Assembly (NCBI GenBank): GCA_039028615.1
Contig: JBCCHT010000023.1
Coordinates: 128,001 to 192,000 of the forward strand
Direction of reading: 5' to 3'
Source: Myxococcota bacterium
GTDB taxonomy: Bacteria; Myxococcota_A; Polyangia; Nannocystales; Nannocystaceae
DNA length: 64,000 nt
Shown here: piece by piece, positions 27,790 to 38,105 of the stretch
Position numbering within the stretch: the first letter of the stretch is position 1
Layout: each line of letters begins with the position of its first letter
The notes under the pieces: generated by a model
Told to the model about the DNA's origin: nothing
What the model saw: only the letters and a program-made list of their open reading frames with translations
Databases searched by the model: none
Translations under genes and position numbers: made by a program

Positions 27790-29175
27790 CTACCGTTTCA
27801 CGTCGCCACCGCTGCACTTTGGAATGGCCTCGGGATCTTCCTCGATGTAGCGAGCGTTCTCTTCCGCGCGCCGGACCACTTCGGCCGATGCAGACGAGTG
27901 CGTCGCCGCCACACGAAAGGCAGCCGCCGCGTTCTTGCACTCCCCTCGCCGAAAGAACGACAGCCCCGCGTAGTAGAGGCCTTCTGCGGTCTGGGGAGTA
28001 TCGGTCAAGTGGTAGCCGAACAGGCCGAACGTCTGCAGCGCAGCCCGGTACTGGCCCGCGTTGAAGAAGCTCTTTCCAATCAACAACTCGATCCTCGGCC
28101 GGTCTTCCTTCGGGCTGCGCGTCACGAGAGCAGAAAAGAGTGCGCGCGCTCGTTTGTCGCCGCCATTCGCGAGCAAGCCACTGGCCTCGTCCAGCAGTGC
28201 GTCCTCCGTGCTCGGGGCGTCTTCCGCCGCCGCTCCGAGCCCCATCGGAGGAGGCCATCGAGGACGCTCCTTCTGCGGCATGGTGATGGAGTTGACACAC
28301 CCCCGTCCCTCGACGGGCTCCTGGCCGGAAGGACAACGAGTCGCCACGGACTCGGCATGCTGCTCCCCCTCCGAACAACCCTCGTCCCCCGGCTCGCACT
28401 CGTCCTGCTCGGCGGCCAAGGCCGTCTCGATCTCGACCTCGACGATCTCCTCGACCTCCAGCCTCAGCGGTGCACCGCAGTGAGCCGGAGGTGCATCGTC
28501 TCCCGGCTCCGCGAGACCGCACTTGGACGGGTCGCCGTCTTGCTCGAGTTCGTCACGCTGTGCACCCGTGCTCGCTCCGACCCCCACCGCGGGCGTGTCG
28601 GCCTTCGCAGCGACCTGGGCGGCCTGATTGGCAAAGAACCCATACGCGCCGACTTGGATCCCCGTGACGACGTGGGTCGCCCCGCCGCACCGCCCCGACA
28701 GCTTCGGCCGCTCGACATGGTAGCTGCTGGCCCGATACATCCCCACCGTGTGCAGCTCTACCGAAAAGGACTCGATGCGCTCGAGCGAGCCCTCCAAGCG
28801 TGCCGCCCCCGTGGGTAGCTGAGCATAGAGTTCGTCGGCGGTTCGCATGGTGACCACGGACGACTTGGGGGTGAACCCGCGGTACCCGTACGCCTCGCCC
28901 TGAACCCGACAGTCGCGCAAGACCTCCATCTCGCAGCCGACGTACCGGACCACGATCAAGCCGTCTTGAATGCTCTGCTCGAGCGCGCCCCGTTCGACGG
29001 CGGCCCACTCGACGATGAGAGGCTTCTTCTGACTCGGCCGGACGGAGCACCGCTGCTCGGACCCCGCCCGGGTCGATCCGTCGACGTCACTGAGGGTCTC
29101 GGACGCGATGTTCCGCCCGGGCGCACAGCAACAAAGCAGCGACGCGAACGAGACGAGGCACGGCCGAGCGAACAT
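27790..29175 (-). CDS. Exported/lipoprotein with unknown N-terminal domain and C-terminal TPR (YbgF/BamD-like)
   Basis: Signal ending LLCCC; C-terminal helical repeats (EGLYYAGLSFFRRGECKNAAAAF). Confidence 0.75.
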   Translation of the reverse strand: MFARPCLVSFASLLCCCAPGRNIASETLSDVDGSTRAGSEQRCSVRPSQKKPLIVEWAAVERGALEQSIQDGLIVVRYVGCEMEVLRDCRVQGEAYGYRGFTPKSSVVTMRTADELYAQLPTGAARLEGSLERIESFSVELHTVGMYRASSYHVERPKLSGRCGGATHVVTGIQVGAYGFFANQAAQVAAKADTPAVGVGASTGAQRDELEQDGDPSKCGLAEPGDDAPPAHCGAPLRLEVEEIVEVEIETALAAEQDECEPGDEGCSEGEQHAESVATRCPSGQEPVEGRGCVNSITMPQKERPRWPPPMGLGAAAEDAPSTEDALLDEASGLLANGGDKRARALFSALVTRSPKEDRPRIELLIGKSFFNAGQYRAALQTFGLFGYHLTDTPQTAEGLYYAGLSFFRRGECKNAAAAFRVAATHSSASAEVVRRAEENARYIEEDPEAIPKCSGGDVKR

Positions 29176-29243
29176 TGCCTTCGAGTATACGAGAGCCCCG
29201 AGCGACGTGCTCCCTGGGCCGAGCACTCCCCGCGACCTGCCCG

Positions 29244-31070
29244 CTAATGATCCGGCGGCGGGTCATCGGCGCCTTCGAGACGCTCGACCAGCGGCGAGCG
29301 GATGGCCATGAGCGCGTCCTGGACCTCTTGCGGCGGCGGAGCGGTGAACTTGGAGACCACGCCCATGACCATGAAGTTCAAGACCATGCCGACGACCCCG
29401 ATGCCTTCGGGGCTGATGCCCCACAGCCAGTGCTCGGCGGTGTTCATCGAGGGGTTCAGGAACTTGAAGTACAGGATGTAGACGGCGGTGAAGAGGATGC
29501 CCGTACACATGCCCGCGATGCCGGCTTCCTTGGTGACCCGACGGCTGAAGATGCCGAGCACGATCACGGGGAAGAAGCTGGACGCGGCGAGCCCAAAGGC
29601 GAACGCGACGACCTGCGCGACGAAGCCGGGAGGATTGATACCCAGGTAGCCAGCCACGATCACGGCGAGCGCAGCCGCGGCCCGGGCCACGAACAGCTCG
29701 CGCTTCTCCGACATGTCCGGCATCAGGATCCGCTTGCCCAGATCGTGGGCGACGGCCGAAGAGATCACGAGCAGGAGCCCCGCCGCGGTCGACAGCGCAG
29801 CAGCCAGGCCTCCCGCCGCGACCAAGGCGACCACCCACGCGGGCAGCCGCGCGATCTCGGGATTGGCGAGCACCATGATGTCGCGATCGACATAGAGCTC
29901 GTTGGGGCCCGCGGTCAGCTCGTTGTCGAGGCGCCGCTGCCCGAGCTCGCCGCGGACGGGCTCGCCGCTGGGCTCGTTCACGAACGACGGGGAGCCAGAG
30001 AACGCATCCCCCGGGCGATAGTCGATGCGCCCGTCCTCGTTCTTGTCGACCCACGCGATGAGCCCCGCGTCTTCCCAGTCGCGGAACCAGGGCGGCGCCT
30101 CGCCGTAGGGGGTCTGGTGGACCGTCTCGATCAGGTTGACGCGAGCAAAGACGGCCACGGCGGGCGCGGTGGTGTACAGGGTGCCGATGAACAGCAGGGC
30201 CCAGAACGCCGACCAGCGCGCTGCCCGGGCGTTGGACACGGTGTAGAAGCGAATGATGACGTGGGGCAGGCCCGCCGTGCCGGCCATGAGCGCCAGGGTG
30301 ATGGCGAACACGTCGATCATCGACTTCTTGCCCTCGACGAAGGCGGCCGTGTACTCGGGGAAGCCGAGTTCGCGGTGCAGCTCGTCGATGAGGTGCAGCA
30401 CCGTCTTGCCCGCGTGCTCGCCCTCGACCACCGTGCCGCCGAACCCGAGCTGCGGAATGGCGTCGCCCGTGAGCTGCCACGAGATGCCGATGGCGGGGAT
30501 CAGGAACGCGACGATCAGCACGCAGTACTGGGCGACCTGAGTCCAGGTGATGCCCTTCATGCCGCCGAGCACCGCGTAGAAGAACACGATGCCCACGCCG
30601 ATCAGCACGCCGCTGGTGATGTCGACCTCGAGAAAGCGCGAGAACACGACCCCCACGCCGCGCATCTGGCCGGCCACGTAGGTGAAGGACACGAAGATCG
30701 CACAGAACACCGCCACGAGGCGGGCGACGTCGGAGTAGTACCGGTCGCCGACGAAGTCCGGCACGGTGTACTTGCCGAACTTGCGCAGGTAGGGCGCCAG
30801 CAGCAGGGCGAGCAGGACGTAGCCGCCCGTCCACCCCATGAGGTAGACGCCGCCCGTGTAGCCCATGAAGCTGATGAGGCCGGCCATCGAGATGAACGAG
30901 GCCGCGCTCATCCAGTCGGCCGCGGTGGCCATGCCGTTGGCGATGGCGGGCACGCCCTGCCCGGCCACGTAAAAGCCCTTGGTGCTCCCCACCCGCGTCG
31001 CGACCGCGATGCCGATGTACAGCAGGAACGACAGGCCGACGAACAGCAACGTCCAGCTCTGGATGTCCAT
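29244..31070 (-). CDS. Sodium:solute symporter (ActP-like cation/acetate symporter family)
   Basis: NGMATAADWMSAASFIS, KFGKYTVPDFVGDRY, GTAGLPHVIIRFYTV. True start is ATG 31070. Confidence 0.93.
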   Translation of the reverse strand: MDIQSWTLLFVGLSFLLYIGIAVATRVGSTKGFYVAGQGVPAIANGMATAADWMSAASFISMAGLISFMGYTGGVYLMGWTGGYVLLALLLAPYLRKFGKYTVPDFVGDRYYSDVARLVAVFCAIFVSFTYVAGQMRGVGVVFSRFLEVDITSGVLIGVGIVFFYAVLGGMKGITWTQVAQYCVLIVAFLIPAIGISWQLTGDAIPQLGFGGTVVEGEHAGKTVLHLIDELHRELGFPEYTAAFVEGKKSMIDVFAITLALMAGTAGLPHVIIRFYTVSNARAARWSAFWALLFIGTLYTTAPAVAVFARVNLIETVHQTPYGEAPPWFRDWEDAGLIAWVDKNEDGRIDYRPGDAFSGSPSFVNEPSGEPVRGELGQRRLDNELTAGPNELYVDRDIMVLANPEIARLPAWVVALVAAGGLAAALSTAAGLLLVISSAVAHDLGKRILMPDMSEKRELFVARAAAALAVIVAGYLGINPPGFVAQVVAFAFGLAASSFFPVIVLGIFSRRVTKEAGIAGMCTGILFTAVYILYFKFLNPSMNTAEHWLWGISPEGIGVVGMVLNFMVMGVVSKFTAPPPQEVQDALMAIRSPLVERLEGADDPPPDH

Positions 31071-31327
31071 CAGTCGTTGCCCCCGCGGAAGCGGGCCTCG
31101 ATGCGATCCATGACCACGCAGTAGACGAGGATCAGGCCGATGAACACGTAGATGGAGCCCTGCTGCGCGAACCAGAACCCGAGCGGGAAGCCGAGCAGGT
31201 ACACCTCGTTGAGCTGCTCGACGAAGAGGATGCCCGCCCCGTACGAGACCAGAAACCACACCCCCAGCAAAGCGCCGACGAGGCGAAGGTTGGCGCGCCA
31301 ATACCGTAGTTGGTCGTCTTCGTTCAC
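31070..31327 (-). CDS. Small symporter-associated membrane protein (DUF4212-like)
   Basis: YWRANLRL...GFPLGFWFAQQGSIYVF; stop overlaps the symporter start. Confidence 0.9.
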   Translation of the reverse strand: MNEDDQLRYWRANLRLVGALLGVWFLVSYGAGILFVEQLNEVYLLGFPLGFWFAQQGSIYVFIGLILVYCVVMDRIEARFRGGND

Positions 31328-31341
31328 GATGGCCTCGGCTT

Positions 31342-32754
31342 CTAGTCGACCACGCCGTCGATCATGGACTCGAAGGACTCGCAGAGCATGGGCTCACAGA
31401 CGGAGTACTCGTTGTCGATGCCGGGCAAGGCCGCGGCTTCGGCCACCTCGCGCAGCCGCACGGGCGGATACGCGACGATCCCGTCGCCCGTGCAGCCGGG
31501 GCCGATGCCGAAGTCCAGCTGCTCGTCGGGGTTGCGAGCATCGGCGTAGATGATGTCACCGGTCGCCGGGAACCCAGCCATGACCGCAAGGTGCACCGAC
31601 GCGGGCCCGTTGTCGGCATCGATGTCCGCCAGCACGTCGGTGTAGCGCGCCAGATCGTGGAGCACCGCGTCCTGGGGGGTGCTCGGGTTGCCGTCGACGT
31701 CGTAGTTCTGGGCGTGACACTCGTCGTAGATCCCCGGCCCCCCCGTGCACTCGACCCCGGCGTTCCAGCACACCGAGCTCGAAGGGCCGATCGTGAAGGG
31801 GTCCTCCCAGAACACACGATTGCCATCGGGCAGGAAGATCGTGTCCGCATCGGGATCGGACGAGCAGTCGTACTCGTCGGTCACGAGCACGACCAGCAGG
31901 TCGGCGCTGGACCGCAGGAAGCCGTAGTTGGGCTCGCCGTTGATCTGCGCCCGCAACAAGGCCATGCGCATGCCCTCGAGCGTCCGTTCGAAGCCGCAGC
32001 CGTCGATGCCCTGGGGCACGATGCAGCGCAGCGCTTCGCCCGGGGTCACGCCCTCGGGCAGGTTGGTGGTGCCGTCGATGCGCTCGATCCACGGGCGGAC
32101 CTGCGGCGTGGCGTCGAGCTCGGTCGGCGTGGGCAGCAGCGGGATCGTCTGGTGCGGGCAGATGTCGGTGCAGGCTTCTTCCCGCACGTCGATGCCCGGA
32201 TCACCCAGGAACTGGAACTCGCTGAGGCGCTGCCGACAGGTCGAGGCCACGAAGGTCCCGGCCTCGGGGGTCGAGGCGACGCACCAGGGATTGCCCACGT
32301 CGGAGGTGGTCACCCCGATCCGATAGTCGAGCCCCTCGTTGTCGAGGCGAGCCACCAGGCTGTCCATGGCCGCGCCGAGGTTGGCCTGCACGAAGCCCAT
32401 GCCGGACGAGTTGTCGACCACGAACAAGACGTCCAGCTCGCCCTGGGTGCCCGGATAGGTCGCGGTGTCTGGATCGGCGCAGGGGCCCTCCGAGATCCCG
32501 GTGGTGGTCGGCTCTCCGCTGCTGTCGCCTGACGTGGTGTCCGCCGCCGAGGTCTCGGACTGGGTCGTCCCGCCGCCCGCCGTGGAGCCGCTGCTGTCGT
32601 CGACCGCGGCGGTGGTGCTCGTGCTGGTGGTCGTGGTCGTCTCGGGGCCCGTGTCGCTGCCGCTGTCGGTCGAGCTCACGGTCGGTGGATCGGTGAAGCA
32701 GCCGACCACGCTCAGCGCACACAACGAAAGCCAACCTCTCGAGCCTCTCGCCAT
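31342..32754 (-). CDS. vWA-domain lipoprotein
   Basis: VVGC lipobox, Ser/Thr linker, DVLFVVDNSSGM, YRIGVTTSD, VVLVTDEYDCS. Confidence 0.85.
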   Translation of the reverse strand: MARGSRGWLSLCALSVVGCFTDPPTVSSTDSGSDTGPETTTTTSTSTTAAVDDSSGSTAGGGTTQSETSAADTTSGDSSGEPTTTGISEGPCADPDTATYPGTQGELDVLFVVDNSSGMGFVQANLGAAMDSLVARLDNEGLDYRIGVTTSDVGNPWCVASTPEAGTFVASTCRQRLSEFQFLGDPGIDVREEACTDICPHQTIPLLPTPTELDATPQVRPWIERIDGTTNLPEGVTPGEALRCIVPQGIDGCGFERTLEGMRMALLRAQINGEPNYGFLRSSADLLVVLVTDEYDCSSDPDADTIFLPDGNRVFWEDPFTIGPSSSVCWNAGVECTGGPGIYDECHAQNYDVDGNPSTPQDAVLHDLARYTDVLADIDADNGPASVHLAVMAGFPATGDIIYADARNPDEQLDFGIGPGCTGDGIVAYPPVRLREVAEAAALPGIDNEYSVCEPMLCESFESMIDGVVD

Positions 32755-32777
32755 GGCTTCAGCCTACCACCCCCCCA

Positions 32778-33590
32778 TCAGCCGAAGTCGTGCGCGCTCA
32801 CGGGATAGCCGTTGGTCGACCCCTGCCAGCGCACGCGGCCCGGGTCGGACTCGGCCGCCCCCGCGGCCACGAGCAGCGGGATCAGGTGCTCTTGTCGCGG
32901 GTGACTCTGTCGTGCTCCCGGGGCGCGCTCCCATGCGATCAGCCGTCGTGCCCGCTCGGCTGGTGCCGCGGTCACGGCCGCGTTCAGCCACGCGTCGAAC
33001 TGGGTGGCGTGCTGGCGCGCGGTGGCATCGGAGCGAAAGAGCCTCCCCAGGTTGTGATACGAGTTTCCGCTTCCGATGATGTACGCCCCTTCGTCGCGCA
33101 GCGGGGCGAGGGCCTGGCCCAAGGCGAAGTGCTCGGCGGGATCGAGGCCGCGCTTCAACGACACCTGCAAGACGGGAACGTCGGCCTGCGGATACGCGAG
33201 CATGAGCGGGATGAAGGTGCCGTGGTCGAAGCCGCGCTCCTTTTCCACGTCGACGCGCAAGCCCGCGCCGCGCAGCAGCTCGATGGCCTGTTCGCCTCGC
33301 TCGGGCGCTCCCGGGGCGGGCCAGTCGAAGGTGTAGGCCTCGGGCGGAAAGCCGCCGTAGTCGAAGTACATCGAGGGTGCGGAGCCCAGGTGCACGGTGA
33401 AGCGCGGCGCCTCCCAGTGCGCGCTGACGACGACCAGGAACGAGGGCGGTTGCGCGGGGACCTCGGCGATGGAGCGCATGTAGCCGGCGAGCGCCTCGGT
33501 CTCCGCAGCGTCGATGGGCCCAAGCGGCAGGACGGGCCAGGGCCCTCCCCCGTGGGGAATGAACGCCGTGGGTGGGCGTGAGACGGCCAT
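32778..33590 (-). CDS. Class III extradiol dioxygenase (DODA/LigB family)
   Basis: PHGGGPWP, VSAHWE, RGFDHG, GSGNSYHNL, HPRQEHLIPL. Confidence 0.93.
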   Translation of the reverse strand: MAVSRPPTAFIPHGGGPWPVLPLGPIDAAETEALAGYMRSIAEVPAQPPSFLVVVSAHWEAPRFTVHLGSAPSMYFDYGGFPPEAYTFDWPAPGAPERGEQAIELLRGAGLRVDVEKERGFDHGTFIPLMLAYPQADVPVLQVSLKRGLDPAEHFALGQALAPLRDEGAYIIGSGNSYHNLGRLFRSDATARQHATQFDAWLNAAVTAAPAERARRLIAWERAPGARQSHPRQEHLIPLLVAAGAAESDPGRVRWQGSTNGYPVSAHDFG

Positions 33591-33790
33591 CAGTTCACCA
33601 CCGTGTTCATGGCGCCGGCGAGCAGCGCGATGCTCGCTGCACGGGGCTCATCACCACAGGCCTCCAAGCGCAGCGAGGGGCCGAAAATGGCCGAAAACGA
33701 AGAGTTGGGGGTCGGTCGAGCGAGCATGGATGCAACCTGACACCGTGCCGCCCATTGAGTCAGATCGCATTTTCTGTACAGAGTGGACGC

Positions 33791-34672
33791 ATGAGCGGAA
33801 CACCCGACGACGACCTCTCGATCGACGACCTGCGCACGTTCGTCACCGCGGTCGAGGAGGGTTCGTTGGGCTCTGCGGCGCGTCGTCTTCAGCAACCCAA
33901 GAGCACGGTGAGCCGGCGGCTCCACCGTCTCGAGGAGCAGCTCGGCACGCGCTTGCTGCATCGAACCCCGCGTGGACTCGGGCAGACGGATGCGGGACGG
34001 GTGGCGTTCGCTCCCGCCCGGGCCATCCTCGAAGACCTCGCGTCGCTGCGCGAGCTGGCGCGCGCGGGCATGGCCGAGCCCCGCGGTCACCTGAAGGTCT
34101 CGATCCCTCGCGACCTCGCCGGGCTGCCGTGCTGGATGGCCTTCGCACAGGCTCACCCGCAGGTCGTGACCGAGCTCGAGTTCACCAATCGCTATGTCGA
34201 CGTGGTGGGCGAAGGCTTCGATCTCGCGCTGCGTGGCGGCCGAGGGGAAGACACCACGCTCATCGTGCGACGGGTCGGCACCTATCGCCTGCGCGCCGTC
34301 GCGTCACCCGCCTGGCTCGAAGAACACGGCCCCATCGAGGATCCCGACGAAGTGCGCACCCAAGAATGCGTGCTCTTTGCTCCGTTCCGGCAGACGGGTC
34401 GTCGAGGTCGAGCCCACCGACGCCACCTGATCGCCAACGATCTATCCACCGTGCTCGACGGAGCGCTGCGCGGCCTGGGCATCGCGTTCCTGCCCGATCA
34501 CCTGTGTCTCGAGGCCTTGGGGGACCAACGATTGATCGCCGTGCATCCCGACTACGACCCGCTGGAGATCCCGCTGTACGCCGCGTACCCCGACCGCCGC
34601 ACGATGCCCGCCGCGTCGTCGGCGTTCATCGATGCGGTCGCGGAGTTCTTCGGCGCACCCGACCGTCCCTGA
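33791..34672 (+). CDS. LysR-family transcriptional regulator
   Basis: FVTAVEEGSLGSAARRL...STVSRRLHRLEEQLGTRLLHRT; divergent from the dioxygenase. Confidence 0.95.
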   Translation: MSGTPDDDLSIDDLRTFVTAVEEGSLGSAARRLQQPKSTVSRRLHRLEEQLGTRLLHRTPRGLGQTDAGRVAFAPARAILEDLASLRELARAGMAEPRGHLKVSIPRDLAGLPCWMAFAQAHPQVVTELEFTNRYVDVVGEGFDLALRGGRGEDTTLIVRRVGTYRLRAVASPAWLEEHGPIEDPDEVRTQECVLFAPFRQTGRRGRAHRRHLIANDLSTVLDGALRGLGIAFLPDHLCLEALGDQRLIAVHPDYDPLEIPLYAAYPDRRTMPAASSAFIDAVAEFFGAPDRP

Positions 34673-34679
34673 CCCGCCG

Positions 34680-36299
34680 TCAGCGGCGAGGCTCGGCGAC
34701 CGCGTGCAAGCGATCGTCGGCATCCCACTGGAGGCTCAGGTGCGTCTGCACCGTCGCGTCGTCGAGCGAGACTTCGAGCTCGCCGTCGTCGAGTCCCTCC
34801 GGCCAGGGTAGCTCGAAGAGCCCGACATCGACGTGAGAGACCCGGGAAGCGTAGATCGGCAACGTCCGCTCGCCACCCACGCCCTGCACTCGAGCGTGCC
34901 CGATCATCCCCCCGTTTTTGCCACGAGCCGTCGACGTGAGGCCCTCGGTCACCCACCAACCCACGCTGCCGTCGGTGCGTCGGATCCCGTGCAGGGTGTG
35001 GCCCGACGCCGCCGCGTCGCGGGAAAACGAGCTGCCCTCCCAGCTGGTGACGGTGGCGATGCGTGCGGCGTTGAGCCCGTAGACGTAGTCGCTCGTCCAC
35101 TGGTTGCCGATCTCGTAGCTCATGTAGTCGAAGGTGTACTCCTCGAGGCGCAGGGCCCCGTCGAGCACGCCGTAGCCTTGCGCCGCGATCCGGCAATCGG
35201 GATGGGGGTAGCCGGGAATGTGCGGACTGGGGGCCGAGCACGGGGCGTGGTCGAGGCCTTGGTTGTGGCCGATCTCGTGGGCGAAGATCACCACGGGGTC
35301 GTTGCCCGCGGGGATCTTGGCGATGGAGATGCGGTTGGGCCCGTCCTCCATCTCGTCGCTGGCGACGAAGCCCATGCCGCCGCCCACCCCGGGCGCGCAG
35401 CAGCCATCACCCATGACCCCGAGGTAGTAGTCCCCGGGCGCCGCGTTGCCCTCGGACCGGGCCTCCGCCACGAGCTCGATGGCCTCACCGACCGCCCCGA
35501 GCGGCTGGGGCCAGCTGCGCGCGGCCGCGACCTCGACCTCGAGCGACTGCAGCGGGTTGGCCTGATAGACCTCCTCGTGCACGCGCTCGGCCGCCTTGTC
35601 CATGTCGGGCCCGACACCGCCAACCTCGATCGGCACGAGGACGATCTTCATACGGCGGGGGGTGTCGTCGAACTCGAGCGGGGCGTGGCCGCTGGCGGGC
35701 AGCCTCGGCCCCGTGGAGCCCGAATTCGACTCGGAGCCATCGTCCTCGAACAGCGCGAGGCTGAACTCGGTGTCGGGCCCGACGGACTCGGCGGGTACCT
35801 GGAAACTGAATGCCCCCGCGAGGGTCAGGGGCTGCGGCGGTCCGTTGATCTCGCGCGACTCTTCGAGCACGTCGACCAGGGTCTCGCCCTCGTACAGCGC
35901 CAGCCGAGCCACGATCGGCCGCGGGCTGAAATCGGCGTCGAGAGCCCAGTGCACGCGAATCAGCGTCGGACGCTCGGTGAGCAGCGGCCCGCTGCGACTG
36001 CCGGCCGCGAGCCAGCTGCCACTGGCATCGGTGAGATCGATCGCCGTGCCCTGGTTGGCCTCGACGTGTGCGATCTGGATCCCCTGCGCGGGCGTGCCTT
36101 GCTCGGGATCGGGCAGCGCGGTCTCTTCTCCGTCCGTGGCGCCGTCGCCCTCGGTCTCCATGCCTCCGCCGCCGCTACCATCGAGCGAGACTTCGTCGGC
36201 CGTCGCATCGTCACCGCCGCACGCCAGCGCGTGGGCCATGGCCAGGGCACAGAGCGATCGCCAACGAGCAGTGGCTCTCGAGTCGAATTTCGTTCGCAT
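34680..36299 (-). CDS. Zinc metalloprotease lipoprotein (metzincin, M66-like)
   Basis: ALAC lipobox; HEIGHNQGLDH; Met-turn DYMSY. Confidence 0.85.
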   Translation of the reverse strand: MRTKFDSRATARWRSLCALAMAHALACGGDDATADEVSLDGSGGGGMETEGDGATDGEETALPDPEQGTPAQGIQIAHVEANQGTAIDLTDASGSWLAAGSRSGPLLTERPTLIRVHWALDADFSPRPIVARLALYEGETLVDVLEESREINGPPQPLTLAGAFSFQVPAESVGPDTEFSLALFEDDGSESNSGSTGPRLPASGHAPLEFDDTPRRMKIVLVPIEVGGVGPDMDKAAERVHEEVYQANPLQSLEVEVAAARSWPQPLGAVGEAIELVAEARSEGNAAPGDYYLGVMGDGCCAPGVGGGMGFVASDEMEDGPNRISIAKIPAGNDPVVIFAHEIGHNQGLDHAPCSAPSPHIPGYPHPDCRIAAQGYGVLDGALRLEEYTFDYMSYEIGNQWTSDYVYGLNAARIATVTSWEGSSFSRDAAASGHTLHGIRRTDGSVGWWVTEGLTSTARGKNGGMIGHARVQGVGGERTLPIYASRVSHVDVGLFELPWPEGLDDGELEVSLDDATVQTHLSLQWDADDRLHAVAEPRR

Positions 36300-36307
36300 C
36301 GCGTCGT

Positions 36308-37756
36308 TCAGCCCTCGGGCGGGTTGACCACCAGGTTCAAGGCGGCGCCGGTCATGTCGGAATAGGTGTAGGGATCGACCAGGCCGGTGACCTCGGCGAG
36401 GATCTCCACCCCGAGGCCCGGCTCGTTGGGCCGCATCTTCAGGGCGCGGTTGGCCTCACGATCGACCACCCACACGTGCCCCTCGGCGTCGATACTGACG
36501 CCGACCGGCTCCATACAGCCGTCCCAGGGCAAGTGAGGATCGACCCAGGTGAGGGTCGCGAGATCGAAGCGGGCGATGCCGCAGGGGTCGTTGGTCACCA
36601 GCCACAGGTACTGATCCTGGTCGATGGCGATGCCGCGGTCATAACCCCCGGCCGCACCCACGAACACATCGACTTCATACCCGGCGTCGATGTCGGTCTG
36701 GGCCACGCGACCCGAGCCCCAGCTGCCCCAGGGATTGCCTTCTTCGTCGAGAGCGAAACCATAGCCTCCGCCGTCGTGCAGCGACCACTGGAAGGTCTCG
36801 CGATCGACGAAGATCGCGACCCCGTTGTTGTTGCCCCAGAAGTTGCCGTCGCCATCCGCCGCCCCGCCATAGATTCCATAGCCATCCGCGGGGTAGGTGG
36901 GATCGTCGATCACCACTTGCTCGATGAGCGTGCCCTGGTCGCCGTCGACCAGATCGATGCGCACGAAGCCGTCCGTGTGTCGATAGCCGACCCACACGTT
37001 GGGCTTGTCGATGAAGCCGCACTCGTCGAGGCCCGCGTCCCAGGCCACGGCCCGGGCATTGTTGGAGGGCACGACGTAGTTCCACTCCACGCAATCGTCC
37101 TCGCCCCAGGGCAGGACATCGTTGGGTCCCTGCGAGGTTCGGATCTCGCCGTCGCCGTTGCGGTCGGGGCAGATCTCGGCCTCCCCGGTGATCTTGGTGA
37201 ACGAGCTGGCCTCGCCCCAGGTGGAGCGATTGGCGACCACCACGTCTCCGCGCAGGTTCACCGAGGTCCGCGAGGGATCGTGCAGCACATAGTCGCCGTC
37301 CTCGGGAGGCCCGGTGTAGTAGCGAGCCAGCTCGGTGGCGGTGATGGTGTCGATCTTCGAAACCGTGCCCTGACCGGAGTTGGCGATCCAGATCACGGAG
37401 AACTCGTAGTCGCCCTCCTGCCCGCCGCCGGCCGAGCCCTCGGGGCACGCCGCCCCTTCGGTGTCGTCCATGTTGACGTCGAGCTTGGGCCCGGTCTCGT
37501 CGGCAGCCGAGGCATCGTCGGCGCCGGAGGTGGAGTCCTCGGGAGTCGATGGACCGACCCCCGAGCCAAAGCCACCGCTGAGCCCGGTGTCACGGACATC
37601 GCCGCCACACCCGAGCGTGGCGACACCCAGCGTCGTCGCCACGAGTGCGACCGAGCCCCATCCATCGCGCCAGCGAACCCGCGACGAGCTTCGGCTTCGC
37701 CTGCTCGGCCGGTCGTATTGAAATGCGCGCACGACAATCCCCGCGATGGTGTCCAT
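36308..37756 (-). CDS. Beta-propeller lipoprotein (Vgb-like repeats)
   Basis: TLGC lipobox; IWIANSGQGTVSKIDT, DPSRTSV, GVSIDAEGHVWVVD, PYTYSDMTG. Start uncertain. Confidence 0.8.
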   Translation of the reverse strand: MDTIAGIVVRAFQYDRPSRRSRSSSRVRWRDGWGSVALVATTLGVATLGCGGDVRDTGLSGGFGSGVGPSTPEDSTSGADDASAADETGPKLDVNMDDTEGAACPEGSAGGGQEGDYEFSVIWIANSGQGTVSKIDTITATELARYYTGPPEDGDYVLHDPSRTSVNLRGDVVVANRSTWGEASSFTKITGEAEICPDRNGDGEIRTSQGPNDVLPWGEDDCVEWNYVVPSNNARAVAWDAGLDECGFIDKPNVWVGYRHTDGFVRIDLVDGDQGTLIEQVVIDDPTYPADGYGIYGGAADGDGNFWGNNNGVAIFVDRETFQWSLHDGGGYGFALDEEGNPWGSWGSGRVAQTDIDAGYEVDVFVGAAGGYDRGIAIDQDQYLWLVTNDPCGIARFDLATLTWVDPHLPWDGCMEPVGVSIDAEGHVWVVDREANRALKMRPNEPGLGVEILAEVTGLVDPYTYSDMTGAALNLVVNPPEG

Positions 37757-38105
37757 TCGACCCACTCCCGAGCGCAGCCACGGCTCCACGGGACCACTCA
37801 ACCAACCACCGCCGTCCGGCCATATCCGGACGACGCGAACCGATCATGGGACTCGCGGAACGATGACTCGCTCCGACATCCACTATAGCGGATGCTCTCG
37901 AATGAACAAGATGAAAGACGTGTGGCCGAAGATTCGAAAGGATCCCGTTCAGCCGCCGTTTCTCGGCATCGCCGTCAGAGAACCCCCGAACCCCGTCTCT
38001 CCACCCACGCTTTAGCGTGGAACCGCCGTTTCGCCGGGCGAGACCCATCGAGACACCCGAGACCGACGCGATGGATCGCGACCGCCTCGGGTGCTCGTGT
38101 GCCAC

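Noticed and set aside
29244..31301. N-terminal extension of the symporter to 31301
   Set aside because: It overlaps the DUF4212-like gene; the family-like sequence begins at ATG 31070.
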